From Bacilli bacterium (GTDB lineage: Bacteria; Bacillota_I; Bacilli_A; RF39; UBA660), in the NCBI GenBank assembly GCA_900753325.1, contig CAADYO010000001.1, forward strand, positions 410 through 64,409: 64,000 nucleotides of DNA. The letters are read 5' to 3'. The notes below the pieces were generated by a model, which did no database searches, was not told where the DNA came from, and worked only from the letters and a program-made list of their open reading frames with translations. This document shows, piece by piece, positions 38,175-46,462 of the stretch. The position numbers were made by a program, and so were the translations under genes. Each line of letters starts with the position of its first letter. Position 1 is the first letter of the stretch.

Positions 38175-39584
38175 ATGGTGATTTTTGTGATGATTGTTAA
38201 TTATATTAAGAGAAAAGTTGGACCATCAAACGATTTTAAAATTAAAGAAATTTCTATAAATAACTTGAAAGTTACACTTTTTTTTAATGAAGTACTTACT
38301 GATACTAGTGCTATAGATAATTTTATATTGAAAAAACTATTAGTACTAAAGAAAAGTAATTTTAAAAATTTAAATAACTACTTACCTACTACTAATATTA
38401 TTAAGATTAATCTTACAGATATATTTAATTATGTTAATAAAGGATTTTTAATAATAATTAGTAAAAGGATATATGCTGTTGAAGTTAAAGCAAAGCTTGA
38501 TAGAGGTATCAATACAATAGAAAGTGAACTTTCTACTTCTGGGCCTAAAGATAGTTTTTCAGAAAATTATAATATTAACTTGGGATTAATTAGAAAAAGA
38601 ATTAAAAGCTGTGACTTAAAAGCAATTGATATGGAAATTGGTAGACTTACTAAGACTAAGGTGGGAATTTTGTATGTTGAAGGTATTGCTTCTAAAAAAA
38701 TAGTTCTAAGAATTGAAGAGATATTAAATAGAATTGATATAGATGGTATAATTGACTCTAGTTATTTAAAGACGACGTTAGAGGGCCAAAAAAGCTTTTT
38801 TCCAACTATTATGATGAGTGAGAGACCTGATAAAAGTACTATGGCTTTACTTGAAGGAAAAGTTGTCATTATTATTGATACTAGTTCTTATGCATTGATT
38901 TTACCTAGCTTTTTTGTTGATTTTTTTCATACAACAGATGATTATTATCAAAAGTCATTTAATACTACTTTTATTAGAATAATTCGTCTTGTCGCTTTTT
39001 TAATAGCAGTTTTTACTCCAGCAATATATATTGCTGTCACTACTAGAAACTACAATATTGTACCAATAGATTTATTGCTGATGCTTAAGGCTGGTAGAAC
39101 CTATGTACCTTTTCCAGCTTATATAGAAGCACTATTTATGATTATTTGCTTTGAAATACTGAAAGAATCAGATTTAAGAATGTCTAATACATCTGGATCT
39201 TCTATTTCTATTTTAGGCGGATTAATACTAGGAGATGCTGCAGTTAGTGCTGGAATAGTTTCTCCTATTATGATTATTATTGTAGCAATCTCTTCAATTG
39301 CTGGATTGGTTTTTTCATCTATTGAATTAGTCAATGCTCTAAGGCTTTATAAAATTATCTTATTGTTATTAGGGACACTTTTAGGTATTTATGGAGTTAT
39401 TATTGGTACTATTTATGTTATATATAAATTACTAACATTAAAGATATTTGGCATTCCATACTTGGTTCCTTTTATACCATTTGAAAAAAATGAAATTAAG
39501 GATTCTTTTATAAAACATGATGAAAGTATTAAGAAGAGAAATTCTTATCTAACTAAAAATATTGTGAGAGGAAAATATAAATGA
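38175..39584 (+). CDS. Spore germination protein, GerA-family A subunit
   Basis: SGPKDSFSENYNINLGLIRKRIKS motif and a C-terminal membrane bundle. The start codon is uncertain (no clear RBS). Confidence 0.8.
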   Translation: MVIFVMIVNYIKRKVGPSNDFKIKEISINNLKVTLFFNEVLTDTSAIDNFILKKLLVLKKSNFKNLNNYLPTTNIIKINLTDIFNYVNKGFLIIISKRIYAVEVKAKLDRGINTIESELSTSGPKDSFSENYNINLGLIRKRIKSCDLKAIDMEIGRLTKTKVGILYVEGIASKKIVLRIEEILNRIDIDGIIDSSYLKTTLEGQKSFFPTIMMSERPDKSTMALLEGKVVIIIDTSSYALILPSFFVDFFHTTDDYYQKSFNTTFIRIIRLVAFLIAVFTPAIYIAVTTRNYNIVPIDLLLMLKAGRTYVPFPAYIEALFMIICFEILKESDLRMSNTSGSSISILGGLILGDAAVSAGIVSPIMIIIVAISSIAGLVFSSIELVNALRLYKIILLLLGTLLGIYGVIIGTIYVIYKLLTLKIFGIPYLVPFIPFEKNEIKDSFIKHDESIKKRNSYLTKNIVRGKYK

Positions 39585-39985
39585 AAAAAATTTTTATTGC
39601 TGTTGTTTTAATAATTACTTTTGGTTTTATTATAAAAATTCCTGAATATCATGAATTAAATGACTTAGCAATTATTCAAGGCGTTGGTGTTGAACATAAA
39701 AACAGTTCCTATGTTGTTTATATGAAAGAAATTATACCTATTAGGGATGATCAGGGAATTAGTTATAAATATAAGTATTATGAAGCTAATGCTGATCTTT
39801 TGGAAAAAGCTTTGAAAAAAGTCCAAGATAAAACAAAAAAGAAACTATACTATGAAAAATGTAAGTTTCTTGTTACTAATATTGAGAATAGTGACTATAT
39901 AAAGAAAGTAATGAATATTCATCCTAAAAATGTTTATCACCCTGCTTCTTCAATAAAGTCTTACCTAAAAAAAACTAGTTCTTAG
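39581..39985 (+). CDS. Short Ger(x)C-like protein (N-terminal domain only, no lipobox Cys)
   Basis: ELNDLAIIQGVGVE after a hydrophobic N-terminus resembles the start of GerAC-type lipoproteins. It has 134 aa, versus the several-hundred-residue length I recall for that family. It overlaps the gerA-like stop by 4 nt. Confidence 0.45.
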   Translation: MKKIFIAVVLIITFGFIIKIPEYHELNDLAIIQGVGVEHKNSSYVVYMKEIIPIRDDQGISYKYKYYEANADLLEKALKKVQDKTKKKLYYEKCKFLVTNIENSDYIKKVMNIHPKNVYHPASSIKSYLKKTSS

Positions 39986-40487
39986 TTTCATTACAAGTGA
40001 ATCCCTGCTCTTCGTAATACTTTCTTTGTTCTGGCTTTTCTTTGAACTGATTTGTTAAATAGGTATTGGCATTATTATTATCAACTATATATTTAGATAT
40101 AGAAATAATTGTTTTGTTAGTATTTTTATTTATACTTATACCATCTATTTCAGATAATAAGGTTATTTCTTTTGTGGCCTCCTCTGGTAAAGGTTGAACT
40201 GCTGAGTCATTGTCTTTTATACCAACTTGTTCATATATGATAATATTTTGTTCAATTGTATCATTTACATACTTACTTCTACTTGTTATGGTAAGTGATG
40301 TGGTTGGATCCGTTTTAGAACAGGATAAAATTGTTATATCATCTTTTTCTTCGGTACTTTTTTTATCTTCTTGCAACTTTACATCTGGTATAGTAAGGCG
40401 AAGTATTGGAGGGACAATTATAAAGATTGATAAGAAAAAAACTGCTAAAAGTAATAAAATGTTAACTGGGTCTTTTATCTTTTTCAT
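39975..40487 (-). CDS. Membrane-anchored protein with a Cys-bracketed domain (paralogue of 35612..36226)
   Basis: AAAAGGAGG RBS, TM ILLLLAVFFLSIFIIVPPIL, and a domain running from LSCSKT to EEQGFTCNE. Confidence 0.55.
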   Translation of the reverse strand: MKKIKDPVNILLLLAVFFLSIFIIVPPILRLTIPDVKLQEDKKSTEEKDDITILSCSKTDPTTSLTITSRSKYVNDTIEQNIIIYEQVGIKDNDSAVQPLPEEATKEITLLSEIDGISINKNTNKTIISISKYIVDNNNANTYLTNQFKEKPEQRKYYEEQGFTCNETKN

Positions 40488-40522
40488 AAGTCCTCCTTTT
40501 ATTCTAAGTATAGCTTATCATA

Positions 40523-40753
40523 TTATAGGTCTTTTTTCAAACCTTTTAAATAATTAAGTTTTTCTTGAAGAAGTTGTCTTCTTTTTTCTTCTTCTTGGCT
40601 ATCTACCATAAAGGCGCTTCCTATTTTTTTTATAATTGCTCCTTCATGAATATTTCCTTTGATGTCACTTTTTGTTAATGTTATTTTTTCTTTTGTTTCA
40701 ATATTTTCACAAGTAACTATTTTATCTTCTATGTAGTCTATGGCATATTTCAT
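40523..40753 (-). CDS. DUF3006 domain protein
   Basis: 76 aa, MKYAIDYIEDKIVTCENIETKEKITL...IHEGAIIKK, immediately downstream of a ComEC-type MBL gene. This is the usual pairing. Confidence 0.65.
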   Translation of the reverse strand: MKYAIDYIEDKIVTCENIETKEKITLTKSDIKGNIHEGAIIKKIGSAFMVDSQEEEKRRQLLQEKLNYLKGLKKDL

Positions 40754-40761
40754 TTTTTCAC

Positions 40762-41670
40762 CTACCCGTTTGTATCTGTTTTTATAGTTTTAAATTGTAT
40801 TATGTTGCCATTTGATTCAGCAACAATTGTTCCTTCTTGATCTGTTCTATATATAATTATTTTCTTATCATTTAGTTTTTTTAAAGTTTCATCATGTGGA
40901 TGTTTATAGGTATTATTTATACCTACAGAAATAATAGCGTATTGGGGATTTACTTTATTTAGGAATTCTTTTGATGTTGAGTATCTTGAGCCATGATGTC
41001 CTACTTTTAAGACATCGCTAGCAATATTTTTATTAAGAAGTTGTTTTTCTACTTTCGTTGAAGCGTCTCCTGTAAATAAAAATGTGTTAGTTCCATGCTT
41101 TAACCTCAAAACAATTGATGAATCATTTAAGTTCTTAGCTTCATTATTTACATATAGTGTTGTAATTTTAGTATCAGAAAAGGAAAATTCTTGATCTATT
41201 GTTGGGGTTTCAAAAGCAATTTGTTTTTCACTTAAAGCGTCTAAAACATCTTCAAATGTTTTTGTTGTAGTTATCAAATCTGGCATGTAGAATGTACCAA
41301 TATCAAAATTTTTAATTATATCATCCATTCCACCAATATGATCTTCATGGGCATGTGTTGCTATTACATAATCAAATTTAGTTATACCTAAACTTTTAAA
41401 ATAATTAACTAATTTTGGGCCGTCTTCATTGTTACCAGCATCAATTAGCATATAATGTCCATTATTAGAAAGTAATATTGAGTCGGCTTGGCCTACATCC
41501 AAAAAGTAAACGTCTAGATTGTTTGATGATTCTTTTAGTGTGCTTTCTGTTTTTCTTTGTTTTATAGTATTATCATTTACAGTTTTGTCGGTATTTTGAT
41601 AGGTACTATACACATATGCTATAGCTATAAATAGTAAAATCAAAATTCTTTTTACAGTTTTCTTTTTCAT
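40762..41670 (-). CDS. ComEC/Rec2-related MBL-fold hydrolase (stand-alone lactamase_B domain, membrane or secreted)
   Basis: YFLDVGQADSILL, ATHAHEDHIGG, GDAS and VGHHGS motifs behind an N-terminal anchor. Confidence 0.8.
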   Translation of the reverse strand: MKKKTVKRILILLFIAIAYVYSTYQNTDKTVNDNTIKQRKTESTLKESSNNLDVYFLDVGQADSILLSNNGHYMLIDAGNNEDGPKLVNYFKSLGITKFDYVIATHAHEDHIGGMDDIIKNFDIGTFYMPDLITTTKTFEDVLDALSEKQIAFETPTIDQEFSFSDTKITTLYVNNEAKNLNDSSIVLRLKHGTNTFLFTGDASTKVEKQLLNKNIASDVLKVGHHGSRYSTSKEFLNKVNPQYAIISVGINNTYKHPHDETLKKLNDKKIIIYRTDQEGTIVAESNGNIIQFKTIKTDTNG

Positions 41671-41733
41671 TTATATTCTCCTACTTTTTCATTATAACAC
41701 TTTTTCAAAGAAAAAAGAATTAACTATGTAATT

Positions 41734-43266
41734 CTATTTTTCACCAGATGATTTTTGTTCCTTATATTTTTGATAATCATATGTTTTAAATAATTCATTT
41801 TTTGTTATATGATATTTACTTTCAAAGCGTTTTGCTGATGTAAACACTTGGGAAACATTATCTGAGGTAACTTTAATATTTCTTGCTTCAAAAAATTTAC
41901 AGCGTGCATAAATTAATTCTGTGCTTTGCATTAGAATGATTGGACTTTTTATTACTAAACCTGAAATATTTAAATCTTCTATAAGTTGCATTTTTTCTTT
42001 TAATGTTTGAATATTGTAACCGAAGATTGTTGGTAATCCTTTTACCATACTAATTATTTCACTCTGCGAATAGCCAAGTCCTTTGATATCGGACATTCTC
42101 GTTTTCATATTTTGAGTGCTAAGTCCTAATAGAACTGGAAATAATTTTACCATTCTTAAAACTTCGTCTTCTTTTAGTCCAAAACTTTCTAGTGTATCAA
42201 TTTTATCTTTGATTGTATCCATTCTAAGACTAAAGATAGGTGGATTGTTGATGGTCATTTTAATAACTTCGCTTTTACTATAACCTAATTGCATCATACT
42301 TTCTATTTTTTGATTAATTGAATCATAACTATATGTATATATCATCGGTAGTTTTTTACATATTTTATGTATCTCAGCTTCTGTATATCCGTGACTTAAA
42401 AATAAATTATGCATTCCATTTATCTTTTCTGGGCTTAATGTAATTACAGTTGGACAGCGTTTTATCATAGCAATTGTTTCTTCCTTGGTATTTCCAGCAG
42501 CGTAAAAGTTATTGAAGCGTTCTTTTAACTTGTCGTTACTTAAACTAAATAATGTTTGAGCGTTTGAAATTATGGCAATTGCTTCTGATCTTTTGAAACC
42601 ATAACTTATTATGCTATTAATCTTATCTGTGATATTTTCTTCTTTATAACCGAATATAGTTGGTAGTAAGACGGACATTTGGTGAAACTTTTCTGGCTTA
42701 AAGCCTAATTTTTCCATAAATTTAACGCGACCAACAATTCTATCTACACTTAAAGTATAAATTGTAGGAAATGTTTTAACAATTTTTATTACTTCCTCAT
42801 CTGTATAACCTAGTTTTTTAAATAGTTTGTCCTTTTCTTCAATATTTTCTTTTTTAACACTTAATAAGCTCGGCGTATCAATAATCATTTTAATAACTTC
42901 ATTCACGGTATAACCTTTTTTTATTATATAATTGAACATGTCATTGATATTATCAATTCCTAAAGTATAAACTTTGGAATTTTTCTTTAAGATTGCTAAA
43001 GCCTCAGTTTCTTTAAAACCAAGTAATATAAAATTATTAATTTTTTCAGCTAATTTGGTAGGAGTGAAAGTTAGAAGATTTGGTGCATCTGCTGTTATTG
43101 ATATAATTTCATCTTTGGATAGACCTAGAATATCAAAGTAGGACCAAACACTTTCAATTCTTGATATGGCTGATTCTTCATTTATATCTTGATATATATA
43201 ACTGGACTTTATTTTATTTATTTGCGCATCATTATATCCAATTTTTTTTAAGTATTCTACTAACAT
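41734..43266 (-). CDS. mTERF-like tandem-repeat protein (510 aa)
   Basis: About 11 consecutive 35-aa units of the form G(Y/F)(S/T)xxE(I/V)xx(I/M)xxxxPx(I/L)(F/L)x(L/Y)Sxxx(I/L)xxK(I/M)xxLxxL. AAGAGGTAAAAAT RBS. Confidence 0.6.
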   Translation of the reverse strand: MLVEYLKKIGYNDAQINKIKSSYIYQDINEESAISRIESVWSYFDILGLSKDEIISITADAPNLLTFTPTKLAEKINNFILLGFKETEALAILKKNSKVYTLGIDNINDMFNYIIKKGYTVNEVIKMIIDTPSLLSVKKENIEEKDKLFKKLGYTDEEVIKIVKTFPTIYTLSVDRIVGRVKFMEKLGFKPEKFHQMSVLLPTIFGYKEENITDKINSIISYGFKRSEAIAIISNAQTLFSLSNDKLKERFNNFYAAGNTKEETIAMIKRCPTVITLSPEKINGMHNLFLSHGYTEAEIHKICKKLPMIYTYSYDSINQKIESMMQLGYSKSEVIKMTINNPPIFSLRMDTIKDKIDTLESFGLKEDEVLRMVKLFPVLLGLSTQNMKTRMSDIKGLGYSQSEIISMVKGLPTIFGYNIQTLKEKMQLIEDLNISGLVIKSPIILMQSTELIYARCKFFEARNIKVTSDNVSQVFTSAKRFESKYHITKNELFKTYDYQKYKEQKSSGEK

Positions 43267-43340
43267 ATTTTTACCTCTTTTTTCACTAGTAATAGTATAT
43301 AATATTTTATGTTATTTTTAAATGAATAAGGTTTTCTTTT

Positions 43341-43370
43341 ATTAAAAAAATCAATCTAATTGATTGATTT
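43341..43370 (-). terminator. Intrinsic terminator after the tRNA pair
   Basis: Minus-strand AAATCAATC-AATTA-GATTGATTT hairpin followed by a T-run. Confidence 0.55.
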
Positions 43371-43380
43371 AATTCCATAT

Positions 43381-43465
43381 TGGTGCGGGTAACAGGAGTT
43401 GAACCTGCAAGCCTTGCGGCACTAGATCCTAAGTCTAGCGCGTCTGCCAATTCCGCCATACCCGC
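43381..43465 (-). tRNA. tRNA-Leu (anticodon TAG)
   Basis: The reverse complement GCGGGTATGGCGGAATTGGCAGACGCGCTAGACTTAGGATCTAGTGCCGCAAGGCTTGCAGGTTCAACTCCTGTTACCCGCACCA has anticodon loop CTTAGGA, a long variable arm and an encoded CCA. Confidence 0.9.
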
Positions 43466-43477
43466 ATATAAATAAAA

Positions 43478-43554
43478 TGGTGGACCCTACAGGACTCGAA
43501 CCTGTGACCGCCCGGTTATGAGCCGGATGCTCTAACCAACTGAGCTAAGGGTCC
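43478..43554 (-). tRNA. tRNA with CAT anticodon (Met by anticodon; the body resembles lysidine-dependent tRNA-Ile2)
   Basis: The reverse complement GGACCCTTAGCTCAGTTGGTTAGAGCATCCGGCTCATAACCGGGCGGTCACAGGTTCGAGTCCTGTAGGGTCCACCA has the GGACC..TTAGCTCAGTTGGTTAGAGCA 5-prime half, which I associate with Bacillus-type tRNA-Ile(CAU). Confidence 0.85.
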
Positions 43555-43565
43555 GTTGCTATTTA

Positions 43566-43594
43566 ATAATAACATATATTTTTACTTGTTGCAA
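43566..43594 (-). promoter_or_regulatory. Candidate promoter of the tRNA pair
   Basis: On the minus strand, TTGCAA (43589..43594), a 17-nt spacer, then TATTAT (43566..43571), about 11 nt before the tRNA 5-prime end. Confidence 0.5.
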
Positions 43595-43628
43595 GAGAAA
43601 TAATAAAAAAAATAGAATAAGTTTTACT

Positions 43629-44048
43629 CTATTTTCCTAACATATTAATCAAATTAATTTTGAACATATCTTTCTCTGGATTTGTTTTAGAAATCATAAC
43701 ACCTTTATACGTTGATAATTCAGCTCTATGTCCTTCATCAAGGATTCCTTCTGGTGTAATATTTGTTAAAAGTATGATGTTTTTTTCTGTATATACTGTA
43801 TAGTGTAATGTTATTTCACCATGTACTTTTACAAACAATTCATCAGTTGGTAACTTTAATTCATAACTTGTAGTTTTGTTTTTTTCGTTTTTAGCTACCT
43901 CTTTACCTAAAAAATTACCTTTACGTAATTCTGGATAATAATTAAATGTTAACTTTTTATATGCTAACATATTGTATTTTCTGACTGATCTTTCTTTCTT
44001 TCTAAAATCATTTTCATCCAAATACTCGAAAATATACGCATTATTCAT
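43629..44048 (-). CDS. Hypothetical protein (139 aa from the ATG at 44048)
   Basis: GGGTGGGG RBS about 9 nt before the ATG (MNNAYIFEYLDEN...). The track start at 44063 is a GTG lying inside the RBS. No family recognised. Confidence 0.5.
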   Translation of the reverse strand: MNNAYIFEYLDENDFRKKERSVRKYNMLAYKKLTFNYYPELRKGNFLGKEVAKNEKNKTTSYELKLPTDELFVKVHGEITLHYTVYTEKNIILLTNITPEGILDEGHRAELSTYKGVMISKTNPEKDMFKINLINMLGK

Positions 44049-44120
44049 TATATTCAACCCCACCCTATATAAATTTTAATTTTGTATACTTTAGGCACAG
44101 CTCACCTTCAAAGTACACAT

Positions 44121-44149
44121 ATTATAGCACAAAAGTCTTTATTTGTCAA
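44121..44149 (-). promoter_or_regulatory. Consensus sigma-A promoter
   Basis: On the minus strand, TTGACA (44144..44149), a 17-nt spacer ending in TGTGC, then TATAAT (44121..44126). Confidence 0.65.
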
Positions 44150-44156
44150 CAATCAT

Positions 44157-44182
44157 AAGAAAAAGCCAGCTTGGCACTGACT
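44157..44182 (-). terminator. Intrinsic terminator after the 753-aa gene
   Basis: Minus-strand AGUCAG-UGCCAAG-CUGGCU hairpin followed by TTTTCTT, starting right after the stop at 44188. Confidence 0.5.
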
Positions 44183-44187
44183 TTTTT

Positions 44188-46449
44188 TTACTTATGATAT
44201 GTATATACTTTAGCTGTTTGGCTCTCATTTTGACTATTAGCCATAGCTTCTACCATTGCTTCTACAGCAGCAACTTTTTCTTCTTGAGTTAAATCTTGTT
44301 CATCGTATTCATATATTGTTTGACCAGATTTATTAGTGGAAGGAGCCATTTTTTCCGAAGCATTTGGATCTGGTAATGGTTCATTTGTTTTATCATTAGA
44401 ATCATCGGTTGTTATATCTTTGACTGAATCGTCTAGGTTACCATCTTTATCAGAATGATTGCTATCAAAGTCGGTGTTATGTCCTAAATCATTTTCGTTA
44501 ACCTTTCCACCAGCATTTTGATTTTTATTGGCATCATCAATCTTATCTTGTAAATCTTTTTCATCTTTTGCTACTTCTTCATTATGTTCATCTCTAGTAC
44601 GATCAGCTTCTTCTTGCTGACGTTTTGCTTCTTCATCAGCAGTTCTTTCAGCATCAGTTCTTGCTTGGTCGTTTGCTCTTTTAATACCTGCACTGGCTGC
44701 ATTTTCGGCTTGTTCTACTCTTTCTAATCCTGCTACTCTGATAGCTTGTGATCTATCAGAAGTTTTTTCAGTAATTGTTTCTGAATGCTGATATGCTGAA
44801 TTATCTGAATATACAATTGTACCATTGAAACTACCATTTTCATATTTGAAAGCAACATTTACATTTTCTTTAAATCTATCTAGTTGACTTATATCTCTAT
44901 GAGCATCATCTATTACAGCAGCATCTTTAGACTCTAATTCTGCTGTTTTCTTAGCTTTTGCTTCATCATAATCTGCATAGTCACTGTTAGGTGTTGTACT
45001 TAAATTTACTAGGTATGCTTTTTCAATAATATCATTGGCACGATTACAAATACCTAAATCATCTAAGTAAGCAACTTGTGCATCTGACAACGTTTGATCT
45101 ATTTCAAGATTTTGGAATAGTAATTCAGCGGCACTAACCATTGGAATTATTGAAAATTTATATGGTTCAATATTATCTCTTGGATCACTATGAGCAATTC
45201 CTACTTCTCTTTTTTCTGATTCTATTGGGAAGTCTTTACTTAATTCTAGATAAAAAGCATTTACTTTTCCTACTTGTTCCATTCCAGTTGCTTCTTTACA
45301 TTGTAAGAACATTTCATGATATTTATTGTAAAAATCTTTTGCTTCCTTACTATCAAATATAGTTGATAATTGAACTGGATTTGATCTTGTTTCTAAGATA
45401 TGAGCACCCATTAATTGAAGATTAGCTGTTTTGTAAGAGTCTGATAGCTTAGTGGTATCTAATTCAGCTCCATTAAATATCTCAGCCATTTGACTCTTTG
45501 TATAATTATTGTATACCATGGCCATAGCAACTACTTCATCCCAAGTTAGAGCTGCTTTTATGTCTTTTCCAGGTTCATAATATGCATTAGCAAATGTTAT
45601 ATTAAATTTATCTAAAGTATTACTAACATTTGACATAAATGCTTTTTGTGTTTCACTTTTTGATGCTTGTACTATTCCATCAAATGTATCTAAATTTACA
45701 TCTGTTACAGTTGGAGTTGGCGTTTCTACATTTTCTTGTGTCTTACTATTATTGCATCCTGGTAAAATGAACATAGTTAAAGCAACAAGTGTAGCAGTTA
45801 TTCTTTTTACAGTTTTACCAACAAGTGTATTACTAAAATGCTTAGTAAAAAAGTTCTCCTTTTTAGGATTTTCTTCTTTGGCTTTTTTTACTTCTTTAGT
45901 TTTGACTTTTAATTCTTGATATTTGCTTTTTAATCGATTGGCTGCTTTTACACCAGTTATTGTTTTTAGGAAATCATTAAATTTTTCTTTCTTTGAAACA
46001 TTATTTTTTACTGAAGACTTCTCTTTATTGGCGATTTTTCTAGCTGAAGCATTTTCTTTTAATGATCTAAATTTATTTTTTAACCAGTTAAAAGCTGTTA
46101 TTCCAGTCATTGCTTTTAAAATCTTGTGTGATTTAGGGAAAACATTTTCTACTTCTTCTGAATTTAATTGATATGGATCATCACTAGTTCTAAATTCTTG
46201 GAACATTTCAGTGAATTCCTCACCTGTTGCTCTGTATATATATTTTTGATCTATTATATCACGTAGGTCTTCTATTCCGTTATCATCCATAAATTTACAA
46301 GCTATTTCTTTTCCACCTTCATAATCGGTATTATATACGCTTCCGTCTTTATAAAATATACAAGCTTGCCATTTTAGTTCTGGCTCTTCTGTTTCTGAAT
46401 TCGTAGTATAAAACTTATAAAATACTATGTTTCTAATTTCTTTTTCCAT
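44188..46449 (-). CDS. Large bitopic envelope protein, unknown function (753 aa)
   Basis: GGGGGAAATAAAA RBS; a roughly 215-aa N-terminal domain containing a duplicated (M/I)TG(I/V)xAxNxLKxK(F/Y)xxLK segment; a single TM ITATLVALTMFILPGC; a roughly 330-aa external domain; and an acidic, low-complexity C-terminus. Confidence 0.6.
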   Translation of the reverse strand: MEKEIRNIVFYKFYTTNSETEEPELKWQACIFYKDGSVYNTDYEGGKEIACKFMDDNGIEDLRDIIDQKYIYRATGEEFTEMFQEFRTSDDPYQLNSEEVENVFPKSHKILKAMTGITAFNWLKNKFRSLKENASARKIANKEKSSVKNNVSKKEKFNDFLKTITGVKAANRLKSKYQELKVKTKEVKKAKEENPKKENFFTKHFSNTLVGKTVKRITATLVALTMFILPGCNNSKTQENVETPTPTVTDVNLDTFDGIVQASKSETQKAFMSNVSNTLDKFNITFANAYYEPGKDIKAALTWDEVVAMAMVYNNYTKSQMAEIFNGAELDTTKLSDSYKTANLQLMGAHILETRSNPVQLSTIFDSKEAKDFYNKYHEMFLQCKEATGMEQVGKVNAFYLELSKDFPIESEKREVGIAHSDPRDNIEPYKFSIIPMVSAAELLFQNLEIDQTLSDAQVAYLDDLGICNRANDIIEKAYLVNLSTTPNSDYADYDEAKAKKTAELESKDAAVIDDAHRDISQLDRFKENVNVAFKYENGSFNGTIVYSDNSAYQHSETITEKTSDRSQAIRVAGLERVEQAENAASAGIKRANDQARTDAERTADEEAKRQQEEADRTRDEHNEEVAKDEKDLQDKIDDANKNQNAGGKVNENDLGHNTDFDSNHSDKDGNLDDSVKDITTDDSNDKTNEPLPDPNASEKMAPSTNKSGQTIYEYDEQDLTQEEKVAAVEAMVEAMANSQNESQTAKVYTYHK

Positions 46450-46462
46450 TTTTATTTCCCCC

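Noticed and set aside
43381-43554. Reading the tRNA adjacency as evidence that the mTERF-like protein terminates tRNA transcription, by analogy with MTERF1 at mitochondrial tRNA-Leu.
   Set aside because: This is an attractive coincidence only. The tRNA pair has its own intrinsic terminator (43341..43370), the mTERF-like gene has separate expression signals, and nothing in the sequence links them functionally.
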